IMG/VR virus record: IMGVR_UViG_2671180012_000008
Source: a virus
Taxonomy: Duplodnaviria > Heunggongvirae > Uroviricota > Caudoviricetes
Length of the DNA stretch: 12,526 bases
Direction: 5' to 3' (one strand)
A program made the position numbers and the translations under genes. Within the stretch, counting starts at the first letter, position 1. Each line of letters starts with the position of its first letter. Under the pieces are notes generated by a model. The model was not told where the DNA came from. It made no database searches and saw only the letters and a program-made list of their open reading frames with translations. Positions 1 to 8,139 of this stretch are shown here, one piece after another.

Positions 1-38
1 TTAGTGTATGATGGTGTTTTTGAGGTGCTCCAGTGGCT
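1..38 (+). mobile_element. IS1 left-end fragment, just inside the left inverted repeat and running into the insA start
   Basis: The 38 nt TTAGTGTATGATGGTGTTTTTGAGGTGCTCCAGTGGCT match the IS1 left terminal region as I recall it, ending at the GTGGCT that opens insA. Cut by the N-run at 39-48. Confidence 0.7.
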
Positions 39-48
39 NNNNNNNNNN

Positions 49-2097
49 TCCGGTTGCAAAATGGAATTTCGCCGCAGCGGCCTGAATGGCTGTACCGCCT
101 GATGCGGATGCGCCGCCACCAACAGCCCCGCCAATGGCGCTGCCGATACTCCCGACAATCCCCACCATTGCCTGCTTAAGCAGAATTTCTGTCATCATGG
201 ACAGCACGGAACGGGTGAAGCTGCGCCAGTTCTGCTCACTGCCGGTCAGCATCGCTGCCATATTCTGTGCAATACCATCAAAGGTCTGCGTGGCTGCACT
301 TTTTACCTGCGACATACTGTCCGTGGCGCTCTCTTCCCACTCACTCCAGCCGGACTTCAGGCCTGCCATCCAGCTCCCGCGAAGCTGGTCTTCAGCCGCC
401 CAGGTCTTTTTCTGCTCTGACATGACGTTATTCAGCGCCAGCGGATTATCGCCATACTGTTCCTTCAGGCGCTGTTCCGTGGCTTCCCGTTCTGCCTGCC
501 GGTCAGTCAGCCCCCGGCTTTTCGCATCAATGGCGGCCCGTTTTGCCCGTTGCTGCTGTGCGAATTTATCCGCCTGCTGCGCCAGCGCGTTCAGGCGCTC
601 CTGATACGTAACCTTGTCGCCAAGTGCAGCCAGCTGGCGTTTGTACTCCAGCGTCTCATCTTTATGCGCCAGCAGGGATTTCTCCTGTGCAGACAGCTGG
701 CGACGTTGCGCCGCCTCCTCCAGTACCGCGAACTGACTCTCCGCCTTCCACAAATCCCGGCGCTGCTGGCTGATTTTCTCATTTGCTCCGGCATGCTTCT
801 CCAGCGTCCGGAGTTCTGCCTGAAGCGTCAGCAGGGCAGCATGAGCACTGTCTTCCTGACGATCGCCCGCAGACACCTTCACGCCGGACTGTTTCGGCTT
901 TTTCAGCGTCGCTTCATAATCCTTTTTCGCCGCCGCCATCAGCGTGTTGTAATCCGCCTGCAGGATTTTCCCGTCTTTCAGTGCCTTGTTCAGTTCTTCC
1001 TGACGGGCGGTATATTTCTCCAGCGGCGTCTGCAGCCGTTCGTAAGCCTTCTGCGCCTCTTCGGTATATTTCAGCTGTGACGCTTCAGTATCGCTCTGCT
1101 GCTGCGCATTTTTGTCCTGTTGAGTCTGCTGCTCAGCCTTCTTTCGGGCGGCTTCAAGCGCAAGACGGGCCTTTTCACGATCATCCCAGTAACGCGCCCG
1201 CGCTTCATCGTTAACAAAATAATCATCCTTGCGCAGATTCCAGATGTCGTCTGCTTTCTTAAACGCAGCCTCTGCCTTAATCAGCATCTCCTGCGCGGTA
1301 TCAGGACGACCAATATCCAGCACCGCATCCCACATGGATTTGAATGCCCGCGCAGTCCTGTCTGCCCAGGTCTCCAGCGTGCCCATGTTCTCTTTCAGGC
1401 GGCGGGTCTGGTCATCAAACCCTTTCGTTGCGGCCTCGTTCGCCGCCTGCAATGCCCCGGCTTCATCGCCGGAACGCTGCAACTGAGCAACATACGCAAT
1501 CTGCTCCGCCGTCACGTTATGGAACTGGCGTGCCATCGCCGTCAGCCCCGACGTCGGGTCTGTGGTCAGCTTCCCGAAGGCTTCTGCGACCTTGTCCACC
1601 TCCACGCCGGATGCAGAGGAGAAACGCGCCACACTCTGGCTGATGGACGCAATCTGAGCCTCACCGCTTACCCCCGCCTTAACCAGTGCGCTGAGTGACT
1701 CGCTGGTCTGGTTAAACGTCAGCCCTGCCGCCTGCCCGGCTCTGGACAGGACCAGCATACGATCTGCCGTCAGACCCGACTGATTACCGGAAAGGACCAG
1801 CGTTTTGTTGAAATCGGACAGGGTTGAGTTGCCCTGATACCAGGCATACGCCAGCGCACCGGTCGCCACCGCCAGCGAGGTGGCCCCGACCATCGGCAGG
1901 GTGATCGCACCGGCAAGCCCCCTGAACATGGGGATCATCCCGCCGAAGGAGTCCTTCACCTGACCACCCTGTTGCAGCAGGATCAGCCACGGACTCTGCC
2001 CGCCTGCAAGCTGCGTGGCCACGTCGGTGAACTGCGCAGGCAGCATACGCATGGCGGCTTTATACTGCCCGACGGAAATCCCCGCTTTCTGTGCAGC
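49..2097 (-). CDS. H: Lambda-like tail tape measure protein gpH, internal fragment truncated at both ends by N-runs
   Basis: The minus-strand translation runs AAQKAGISVGQYKAAMRMLPAQFTDVATQLAGGQSPWLILLQQGG ... GGTAIQAAAAKFHFATG with a long coiled-coil-like Q/A/K/E-rich middle, near-identical to lambda gpH as I recall it. The Met at 2052 reported by the ORF track is internal; the frame stays open up to the gap at 2098. Confidence 0.92.
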
Positions 2098-2107
2098 NNN
2101 NNNNNNN

Positions 2108-2239
2108 TCAGTCCGTCACCGACGGTGTGAAGGTGAAAGTGAGCCGTGTTCCTGACGGCGTTGCCGGATACAGCATATGGGGGCTGAAGCTGCCGACGCT
2201 GCGCCAGCGCCTGTTCCGCTGTGTGAGTATCCGTGAGAA
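2108..2239 (+). CDS. J: Lambda-like tail tip / host specificity protein J, central fragment (variant 1)
   Basis: Translation QSVTDGVKVKVSRVPDGVAGYSIWGLKLPTLRQRLFRCVSIRE matches the central part of lambda J. It overlaps in content with the next block, so it is a second copy rather than a continuation. Confidence 0.85.
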
Positions 2240-2249
2240 NNNNNNNNNN

Positions 2250-2666
2250 GAAAGTGAGCCGGGTTCCTGACGGCGTTGCCGAGTACAGCGTGTGGGGGCT
2301 GAAGCTGCCGACGCTGCGCCAGCGCCTGTTCCGCTGTGTGAGTATCCGTGAGAACGATGACGGCACGTATGCCATCACTGCCGTGCAGCATGTACCGGAG
2401 AAAGAAGCCATCGTGGATAACGGGGCGCACTTTGACGGCGACCAGAGCGGAACGGTAAACGGTGTCACGCCGCCAGCGGTGCAGCACCTGACCGCAGAAG
2501 TCACCGCAGACAGCGGGGAATACCAGGTGCTGGCGCGCTGGGACACGCCGAAGGTGGTGAAGGGCGTGAGTTTCCTGCTTCGCCTGACCGTGGCAGCGGA
2601 TGACGGCAGTGAGCGGCTGGTCAGCACGGCCCGGACGACGGAAACCACATACCGCTTCACGCAGCT
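2250..2666 (+). CDS. J: Lambda-like J, central fragment (variant 2)
   Basis: Translation KVSRVPDGVAEYSVWGLKLPTLRQRLFRCVSIRENDDGTYAITAVQHVPEKEAIVDNGAHFDGDQSGTVNGVTPPAVQHLTAEVTADSGEYQVLARWDTPKVVKGVSFLLRLTVAADDGSERLVSTARTTETTYRFTQ, near-identical to lambda J. Confidence 0.9.
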
Positions 2667-2676
2667 NNNNNNNNNN

Positions 2677-3109
<433 letters not shown>

Positions 3110-3119
3110 NNNNNNNNNN

Positions 3120-3725
3120 AAGCCGCCCCTGGTTTCCTTTTACAGCGAATAAATAATCACCGCCCTGTTTTTGTATCTTCTCTGCAATATCTTTCTGGCA
3201 TCCCATCGCATCAGTTGTGATGATTTTTCCTTTAATATCCAGCATGTTAAGAAGTTCAGGAATGGCTGTAATCTCATTAGATTTCTCATCCGTCTTGATC
3301 TGTCCGATGACCAGACTGTGCATTGTTGAGAACGCACTAATGACATGAATCGCTCCCCTGCGGCGACTCTTGTCATAAGAGTGCCGGAGCGTTTTTCCAT
3401 CAATTGCAATGACGTCTTTATCATCTGAAGAATGGCAGTCACGCATCCAGTTAATAAAGCACTCGTGAAATTTTGCAGGACTGATACAGGATACAACTCT
3501 GGCAATGGTATCGTGAACAGGAATACCATTTTCAAAATCACCATATTGCTTCAAAAAATCGAGATGTGTTTCCCCAAAATCCTCTATATCTTCCCAACCT
3601 TCTGCACCAGAAATAACGGCACAAATAGTCAACAGTAGAATATCCGATAATTTATGTTCCACATTCCAGGCTTGTCTGTAATCGGGGATAACAGAAATAT
3701 GTTCCATCAATTTTTTAAGTTCCAT
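3120..3725 (-). CDS. ISAs1-family (H-repeat-associated) transposase, N-terminal 202 codons, truncated by the gap at 3110-3119
   Basis: Translation [78 protein letters not shown] ... [15 protein letters not shown] matches the E. coli H-repeat/ISAs1 transposase family. ATG at 3725 is preceded by a strong SD (TAAGGAG, 6 nt spacer). Confidence 0.85.
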
Positions 3726-3770
3726 TTTGTTCTCCTTAATTATGTAAGGAGTATTTGATCCAAGGCAAGA

Positions 3771-3853
3771 TTACGAAAGCCCGCTCCCCGCAAGGACTGA
3801 CGCCAGATAGTTTCTGTCCATGGCTGCTTTTCGCATCTTACGTCTTAACCCTG
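3771..3853 (-). CDS. Probable C-terminal end of an ISAs1-family transposase (last 26 codons plus stop)
   Basis: Minus-strand frame reads GLRRKMRKAAMDRNYLASVLAGSGLS then TAA at 3771-3773, which matches the C-terminus I recall for H-repeat transposases. It lies only 45 nt upstream of the transposase start at 3725. The 5-prime side is cut by the gap at 3854-3863. Confidence 0.5.
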
Positions 3854-3863
3854 NNNNNNNNNN

Positions 3864-4152
3864 CAGTGACCCGGCACATACGGCAACCGCGCCCGGCGGA
3901 TTGAGTGCGAAAGCGCCTGCAATGACCCCGCTGATGCTGGACACCTCCACCCGTAAGCTGGTTGCGTGGGATGGCACCACCGACGGTGCTGCCGTTGGCA
4001 TTCTTGCGGTTGCTGCTGACCAGACCAGCACCACACTGACGTTCTACAAGTCCGGCACGTTCCGTTATGAGGATGTGCTCTGGCCGGAGGCTGCCAGCGA
4101 CGAGACGAAAAAACGGACCGCGTTTGCCGGAACGGCAATCAGCATCGTTTAA
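3864..4152 (+). CDS. D: Lambda-like head decoration protein gpD, C-terminal 95 codons (copy 1)
   Basis: Translation [95 protein letters not shown] then TAA at 4150-4152, matching lambda gpD. Confidence 0.92.
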
Positions 4153-4170
4153 CTTTACCCTTCATCACTA

Positions 4171-4194
4171 AAGGCCGCCTGTGCGGCTTTTTTT
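4171..4194 (+). terminator. Hairpin followed by a T-run in the D-E intergenic spacer (intrinsic-terminator-like)
   Basis: GCCGC (4174-4178), loop CTGT, GCGGC (4183-4187), then seven T at 4188-4194. Sits between the D stop and the E start. Confidence 0.5.
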
Positions 4195-4207
4195 ACGGGA
4201 TTTTTTT

Positions 4208-4216
4208 ATGTCGATG
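4208..4216 (+). CDS. E: First three codons of the major capsid protein gene E, cut by the gap
   Basis: ATGTCGATG lies 55 nt after the D stop, the same spacing and start as lambda E. Only 9 nt are present. Confidence 0.55.
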
Positions 4217-4226
4217 NNNNNNNNNN

Positions 4227-4766
4227 CGTAGTCAACATTCAGATAACGTGTTTCTTCACGTAATTCATTGCCGTCAACCGTTGGTCCCTGCAACTCTTCA
4301 CCGTAATGAGTAAACGATCCCACAGCTTCTGGTATCGCCTCCATTACTTCCTGTGCAATAACGCCAGCATAAGGCATCCCGTTTTCCCTGAGCGTGTAGG
4401 TGTATCCGTTCATTTTACGGATTGCTTTCGTCGCGTCGCTGATAACGAGAATATCGTCTTTAAGGTCGCGGTCTGATGACTGATTCAGCATTGTGCAATT
4501 AATAGCGCCATTTACATCAAACAACTGGCCTGCTGACGTTTTTGCGCATAAAACAGATACGCAGCAGACGTTCCAACCTCAAAAACGTTTTGTCGAGTAC
4601 TGGAACCCCACACCCTGACAGAAAACGGTAGTTCTGCATTACCTGAGTTCTGTAAAACAAAACGATTACCAGTCCCTGATTGCTTTGTAAGGGTTAAATC
4701 AACGGTTGAGTTAACCTCATCCTTGTTGATAGTGAGCGCCTGCGCTTTAGCCCCGTTAACAGCACC
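4227..4766 (-). CDS. Phage tail fibre C-terminal region with an intramolecular-chaperone (endosialidase-chaperone / peptidase S74-like) domain; reading frame interrupted at 4539-4543
   Basis: The upstream frame (4766 down to stop at 4512) reads GAVNGAKAQALTINKDEVNSTVDLTLTKQSGTGNRFVLQNSGNAELPFSVRVWGSSTRQNVFEVGTSAAYLFYAQK. The second frame (4524 down to 4227) reads FDVNGAINCTMLNQSSDRDLKDDILVISDATKAIRKMNGYTYTLRENGMPYAGVIAQEVMEAIPEAVGSFTHYGEELQGPTVDGNELREETRYLNVDY, with the SDRxLK..GxIAQE..PE pattern typical of auto-cleaving tail-fibre chaperone domains. Confidence 0.7.
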
Positions 4767-4776
4767 NNNNNNNNNN

Positions 4777-5127
4777 CTGCGCCGCTGACAACGGCACCTG
4801 ATACAGCCCTGTGGCCTCCAGATTATCCAGATAGAGATTCTGACCGTTACGCCACCAGTCATCCTCGCGATGAAAATCCGGCATCTCAATCCCCGCCAGA
4901 TGGTAAGCATCCCGGAACAGCGTGTAACAGTCCGTCACCCCGTGCTCAAAGCGCCGCCCGGAAAGATGTGGCACACAGCGGAACTTGTGAATCGCCCCCC
5001 GGCAAACCAGCCACCACGGCAAATCACTCTGCACCTGCAGCCGCCGGTCGGCCTCACTCAGCCATGGCAGACCACCGGGGTGGCTGTGGACCAGCGCCAC
5101 AATCTCACCCTGCATTTCTGCCTGCAG
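4777..5127 (-). CDS. K: Lambda-like tail assembly protein gpK (JAB/MPN plus NlpC/P60-type), internal fragment
   Basis: Translation LQAEMQGEIVALVHSHPGGLPWLSEADRRLQVQSDLPWWLVCRGAIHKFRCVPHLSGRRFEHGVTDCYTLFRDAYHLAGIEMPDFHREDDWWRNGQNLYLDNLEATGLYQVPLSAAQ matches lambda K. The HSHPGG motif is the JAB metal-binding signature. Confidence 0.88.
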
Positions 5128-5288
5128 NNNNNNNNNNAGGGATGTTACCTCGCGCCCGACCCGGTAGCCGTAAGGGATAAGCCGAGGGCACCGCGCAGCG
5201 GCGATTTTGTTCGCCAGAGCCCGGGGGTGCAGGGGGCGGCGGCGATTGGCCGCCCCCTGCGCGCTCCTTGCGCCAGTGNNNNNNNNNN

Positions 5289-5423
5289 AAAACAAAAGGC
5301 TCAGTCGAAAGACTGGGCCTTTTGTTTTATCTGTTGTTTGTCGGTGAACGCTCTCCTGAGTAGGACAAATCCGCCGGGAGCGGATTTGAACGTTGCGAAG
5401 CAACGGCCCGGAGGGTGGCGGGC
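5289..5423 (+). other. Distal (post-5S) region of an rRNA operon, including the T1-type terminator
   Basis: Sequence AAAACAAAAGGCTCAGTCGAAAGACTGGGCCTTTTGTTTTATCTGTTGTTTGTCGGTGAACGCTCTCCTGAGTAGGACAAATCCGCCGGGAGCGGATTTGAACGTTGCGAAGCAACGGCCCGGAGGGTGGCGGGC is the E. coli rrn T1 terminator region (familiar from rrnB T1 in expression vectors), with two substitutions in the stem. Confidence 0.85.
5294..5329 (+). terminator. rrn T1 intrinsic terminator hairpin
   Basis: Stem AAAAGGCTCAGTC (5294-5306), loop GAAA, stem GACTGGGCCTTTT (5311-5323), followed by a GTTTTAT U-tract. Confidence 0.8.
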
Positions 5424-5433
5424 NNNNNNNNNN

Positions 5434-6320
5434 TCCAGACTCATAGCGGGATAAAAGCTGACCGTTCGGATCAACCGCCAGTGCATCCCTGTAATGCTCC
5501 CGAACCCTCTGAGCTTTTTCGCTGACACTCATCGCTGTGAATTCTGCTTCACTCATCGTGTCGAAAGGACTGGCGTTATGTGGCTTCAAAGCCTCAAGAA
5601 TTGCCTTCAGGGTGGATTCCTCTCCGTAATGGGCAAGCGCATCATTCCAGTCACCAAAAACCGGTGGCAGCACAATGTCACACTGACACGCTTTTGCAGC
5701 AGCTTCAGCCCTGTTCTGGCCTGAACTATTCAGATCTCGGTCCGCTGCAATAATTAGCTGATACCCCGGATACTTGTTATGGGCAACGCTGGCCAGAGAA
5801 AGAAAGTTGACCGCCGAAAATGCCACCATGACGGCTTCTCCTGTCAGATGATGAATGGTAAGCGCCGTGGCGTAGCCTTCCGCAATCCACATCCTTCTTA
5901 CTGAACTCCCGCTCCCTTCTATCAGATGATAGGCCTCCTTAACCTGACCCCCTTTAAGAAAACACTTGCTACCATTGCCACTGATAAGCTGAATATTCAC
6001 CAGCACCCCGTCAGTGTTATAGAGCGGGACGATCAAATCACCGGGGCGGAACATCACCCCACCGGTTTTATGATCTGAAGTCAGCTCATGGCAAATATGC
6101 TCCGGGAAACCTTTATGTGTAAGATAAGTGTTTCCGGCAGATTCACGCGAGGCTTGCAGCAGTCGCGCGGCAAGTGCTGCCGCTGCATCTTTCCCGCTAT
6201 CGGCATCGGCGGTTAACGTCTTGACTTCGGAATTAGCTATAGAGAGACCATGTGTCAGTCCATGTATCCTGTCAGCTGCTTCACTGATATCCACATTCAG
6301 TGCCCTGGTGACAAGCGCTA
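5434..6320 (-). CDS. Toprim-domain primase-like protein (P4-type / plasmid-type primase family), internal fragment cut at both ends
   Basis: Minus-strand translation contains WIAEGYATALTIHHLTGEAVMVAFSAVNFLSLASVAHNKYPGYQLIIAADRDLNSSGQNRAEAAAKACQCDIVLPPVFGDWNDAL, i.e. the conserved Glu (EGxxTA) and DxD motifs of a toprim fold. The GTG at 6294 used by the track is probably not the real start because the frame is open up to the gap. Confidence 0.6.
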
Positions 6321-6330
6321 NNNNNNNNNN

Positions 6331-6474
6331 TAGTGACCCGGCTCATACCGCAACCGCGCCCGGCGGATTGAGTGCGAAAGCGCCTGCAATGACCCCGCTG
6401 ATGCTGGACACATCCACCCGTAAGCTGGTTGCGTGGGATGGCACCACCGACGGTGCTGCCGTTGGCATTCTTGC
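6331..6474 (+). CDS. D: Lambda-like gpD fragment (copy 2)
   Basis: Translation [47 protein letters not shown] is identical in protein to copy 1 at 3864-4007; the nucleotide differences are all at third codon positions. Confidence 0.9.
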
Positions 6475-6484
6475 NNNNNNNNNN

Positions 6485-6590
6485 CTTATCGTTGGCGTCC
6501 TTCCACTCTTTCGAAAACTCATCCAGTTTGCTGGCGTTATCCTCCGTCAGGTCGACTTTTTCCAGCAGCTCCTTGCCGAGATGGGATTCG
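6485..6590 (-). CDS. J: Lambda-like J C-terminal-half fragment (copy 2)
   Basis: Translation [35 protein letters not shown], a close variant of the J segment encoded at about 2720-2830. Confidence 0.8.
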
Positions 6591-6600
6591 NNNNNNNNNN

Positions 6601-6711
6601 TCATTCATCGTATTCTGCGCACCATTCTGTTGCCCCTTCCGTGCTGACAAGCGCCAGCGGCAGGCCGCGATGGTCGCAGTGGTACAGGTGGATTTTTCGC
6701 GCCGGCGTGTA
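6601..6711 (-). CDS. Rhs core (conserved C-proximal core region), short fragment
   Basis: Translation [36 protein letters not shown] matches the conserved Rhs core of E. coli Rhs proteins. Confidence 0.8.
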
Positions 6712-6721
6712 NNNNNNNNNN

Positions 6722-6830
6722 AAATCAGCCACAGCGCCTCCCGTTATTGCATTCTGGCCAGGCCGCGCTCTGTCATTTCGGCTGCCACACCGGCAGAGAC
6801 ACGAAACGCCGTTCCCGGCAGCACAAATGC
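6722..6830 (-). CDS. FI: Lambda-like FI C-terminus (6744-6830) followed by the start of FII (GTG at 6730-6732)
   Basis: Translation AFVLPGTAFRVSAGVAAEMTERGLARMQ then TAA, 11 nt spacer containing GGGAGG, then GTG GCT GAT TT (M-A-D-F) as in FII. The 11 nt spacing equals the lambda FI-FII gap. Confidence 0.75.
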
Positions 6831-6840
6831 NNNNNNNNNN

Positions 6841-7119
6841 GGGCCAGGTGGTAAGCACTTCCTGCTCAATCTGTTTAACGGCTTCATTCATGGACGGCAT
6901 CTGCGTCTTCTGCGGATGGTTATGCCACAGGGACATCGCCACCAGAAACGCGCCGGTTCTGATGGCGTCTTCCACAGTAAACTTCCGGTTGCTGTCTGAC
7001 TCCGCCTGTTCTGCCTGCCGTTTCATCAGGGCGAGATGCTCAATACGCTGCAGGGCTGACAGTTCAGAAAGCGTGACGGTCACACCGTTATGTTCAAATG
7101 ATTCGGTTTTCAGGAACAT
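6841..7119 (-). CDS. G: Lambda-like tail assembly chaperone gpG, N-terminal 93 codons (copy A)
   Basis: Translation MFLKTESFEHNGVTVTLSELSALQRIEHLALMKRQAEQAESDSNRKFTVEDAIRTGAFLVAMSLWHNHPQKTQMPSMNEAVKQIEQEVLTTWP. ATG at 7119 with SD GGAGAG, 15 nt after the V stop as in lambda. The G-T frameshift site is not within this fragment. Confidence 0.9.
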
Positions 7120-7134
7120 CGCTGACTCTCCGGA

Positions 7135-7521
7135 TTAACTGGCGGTGACGTTGATTTCTGCAACCGCAGCAAGTTCACCATTACCGGATACGACCGGAAT
7201 GTTGACCTTGCCTGCAGCAACACCTTTCACGGTGATGGTCATACCACTGACCGACACGGTGGCTTTTGTTTTATCCGCAGACACCGCACGGAAGCTCTTG
7301 TCGGTTGCGCCCTCCGGCTGGAATGCCACGGTCAGTGTGGTGCTCTGCCCTTTCACTACGGAAGCACTGGCGGGTGTCACCGTCATGCCGGTTGTCGCCG
7401 TCACCGTGCTGCGATCTTCTGCCATCGACGGACGTCCCACATTGGTGACCTTCACCGTGCGGGTGATCACTTCCTTCGCCGTCACCGCCTTACCGATACT
7501 GCTGACCCAGCCACGGAACAC
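7135..7521 (-). CDS. V: Lambda-like major tail protein gpV, C-terminal part including the Ig-like (Big_2) domain (copy A)
   Basis: Translation [127 protein letters not shown] then stop at 7135-7137. Confidence 0.9.
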   Translation of the reverse strand: MFRGWVSSIGKAVTAKEVITRTVKVTNVGRPSMAEDRSTVTATTGMTVTPASASVVKGQSTTLTVAFQPEGATDKSFRAVSADKTKATVSVSGMTITVKGVAAGKVNIPVVSGNGELAAVAEINVTAS

Positions 7522-7531
7522 NNNNNNNNNN

Positions 7532-7856
7532 TACGGTGAAGGTCACCAATGTGGGCCGTCCGTCAATGGCAGAAGATCGCAGTACGGTGACGGCGGCAAC
7601 CGGTATGACCGTGACGCCTGCCAGCTCCTCGGTGGTGAAAGGGCAGAGCACCACGCTGACCGTGGCATTCCAGCCGGAGGGCGCAACTGACAAGAGCTTC
7701 CGTGCGGTGTCAGCGGATAAAACAAAAGCCACCGTGTCGGTCAGTGGTATAACCATCACCGTGAAAGGCGTTGCTGCAGGTAAGGTCAACATTCCGGTTG
7801 TATCCGGTAATGGTGAACTTGCTGCGGTTGCAGAAATCACTGTCACCGACAGTTAA
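7532..7856 (+). CDS. V: Lambda-like gpV C-terminal part (copy B, opposite orientation to copy A)
   Basis: Translation [105 protein letters not shown] then TAA at 7854-7856. Confidence 0.9.
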
Positions 7857-7871
7857 TCCGGAGAGTCAGCG

Positions 7872-7969
7872 ATGTTCCTGAAAACCGAATCATTTGAACA
7901 TAACGGCGTGACCGTCACGCTTTCTGAACTGTCAGCCCTGCAGCGTATTGAGCATCTCGCCCTGATGAA
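7872..7969 (+). CDS. G: Lambda-like gpG N-terminal 32 codons (copy B)
   Basis: ATG at 7872, 15 nt after the V stop; translation MFLKTESFEHNGVTVTLSELSALQRIEHLALM. Confidence 0.85.
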
Positions 7970-7980
7970 NNNNNNNNNNC

Positions 7981-8139
7981 GAGCTGCTGCACCATATTCC
8001 TGAACAACTGAGCAAACGAGAGAGGTATACCGACAAATGGCAGCGACGCACACACTCCCTCTGGCGTCACCGGGCATGGCGCGCATCTGCCTTTACGGGG
8101 ATTTACAACGATTTGGCCGCCGCATCGACCTTCGAGTGA
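7981..8139 (+). CDS. K: Lambda-like gpK C-terminal 52 codons
   Basis: Translation ELLHHIPEQLSKRERYTDKWQRRTHSLWRHRAWRASAFTGIYNDLAAASTFE then TGA at 8137-8139. It overlaps the I start by 103 nt in another frame, exactly as in lambda. Confidence 0.85.
   Translation, partial: ELLHHIPEQLSKRERYTDKWQRRTHSLWRHRAWRASAFTGIYNDLAAASTFE

Noticed and set aside
86-1698. Several plus-strand ORFs of 85-192 aa (86-604, 550-1080, 783-1214, 1120-1698, 1229-1486, 1344-1643) inside the gpH region
   Set aside because: They are antisense to a confidently identified gpH frame and their translations are low-complexity with no recognisable domains; shadow ORFs in a GC-rich gene.
4756-6294. 512 aa minus-strand ORF and 336 aa plus-strand ORF (6128-7138) reported by the ORF track
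   Set aside because: Both read through several N-runs (X stretches) and join unrelated blocks (gpK, the rrn terminator block, primase; or gpD, J and Rhs antisense). They are chimeric artefacts.
6601-6603. Apparent premature stop (EYDE then TGA) in the Rhs core fragment
   Set aside because: The stop is formed by the last base before the N-run. The second Rhs copy reads EYDEWGN at the same place, so this is most likely a contig-edge effect, not a truncated Rhs.
6841-7119. Search for the gpG-gpT programmed -1 frameshift slippery site
   Set aside because: Both G fragments stop before the region where the slippery site lies (near the G C-terminus), so it cannot be assessed here.
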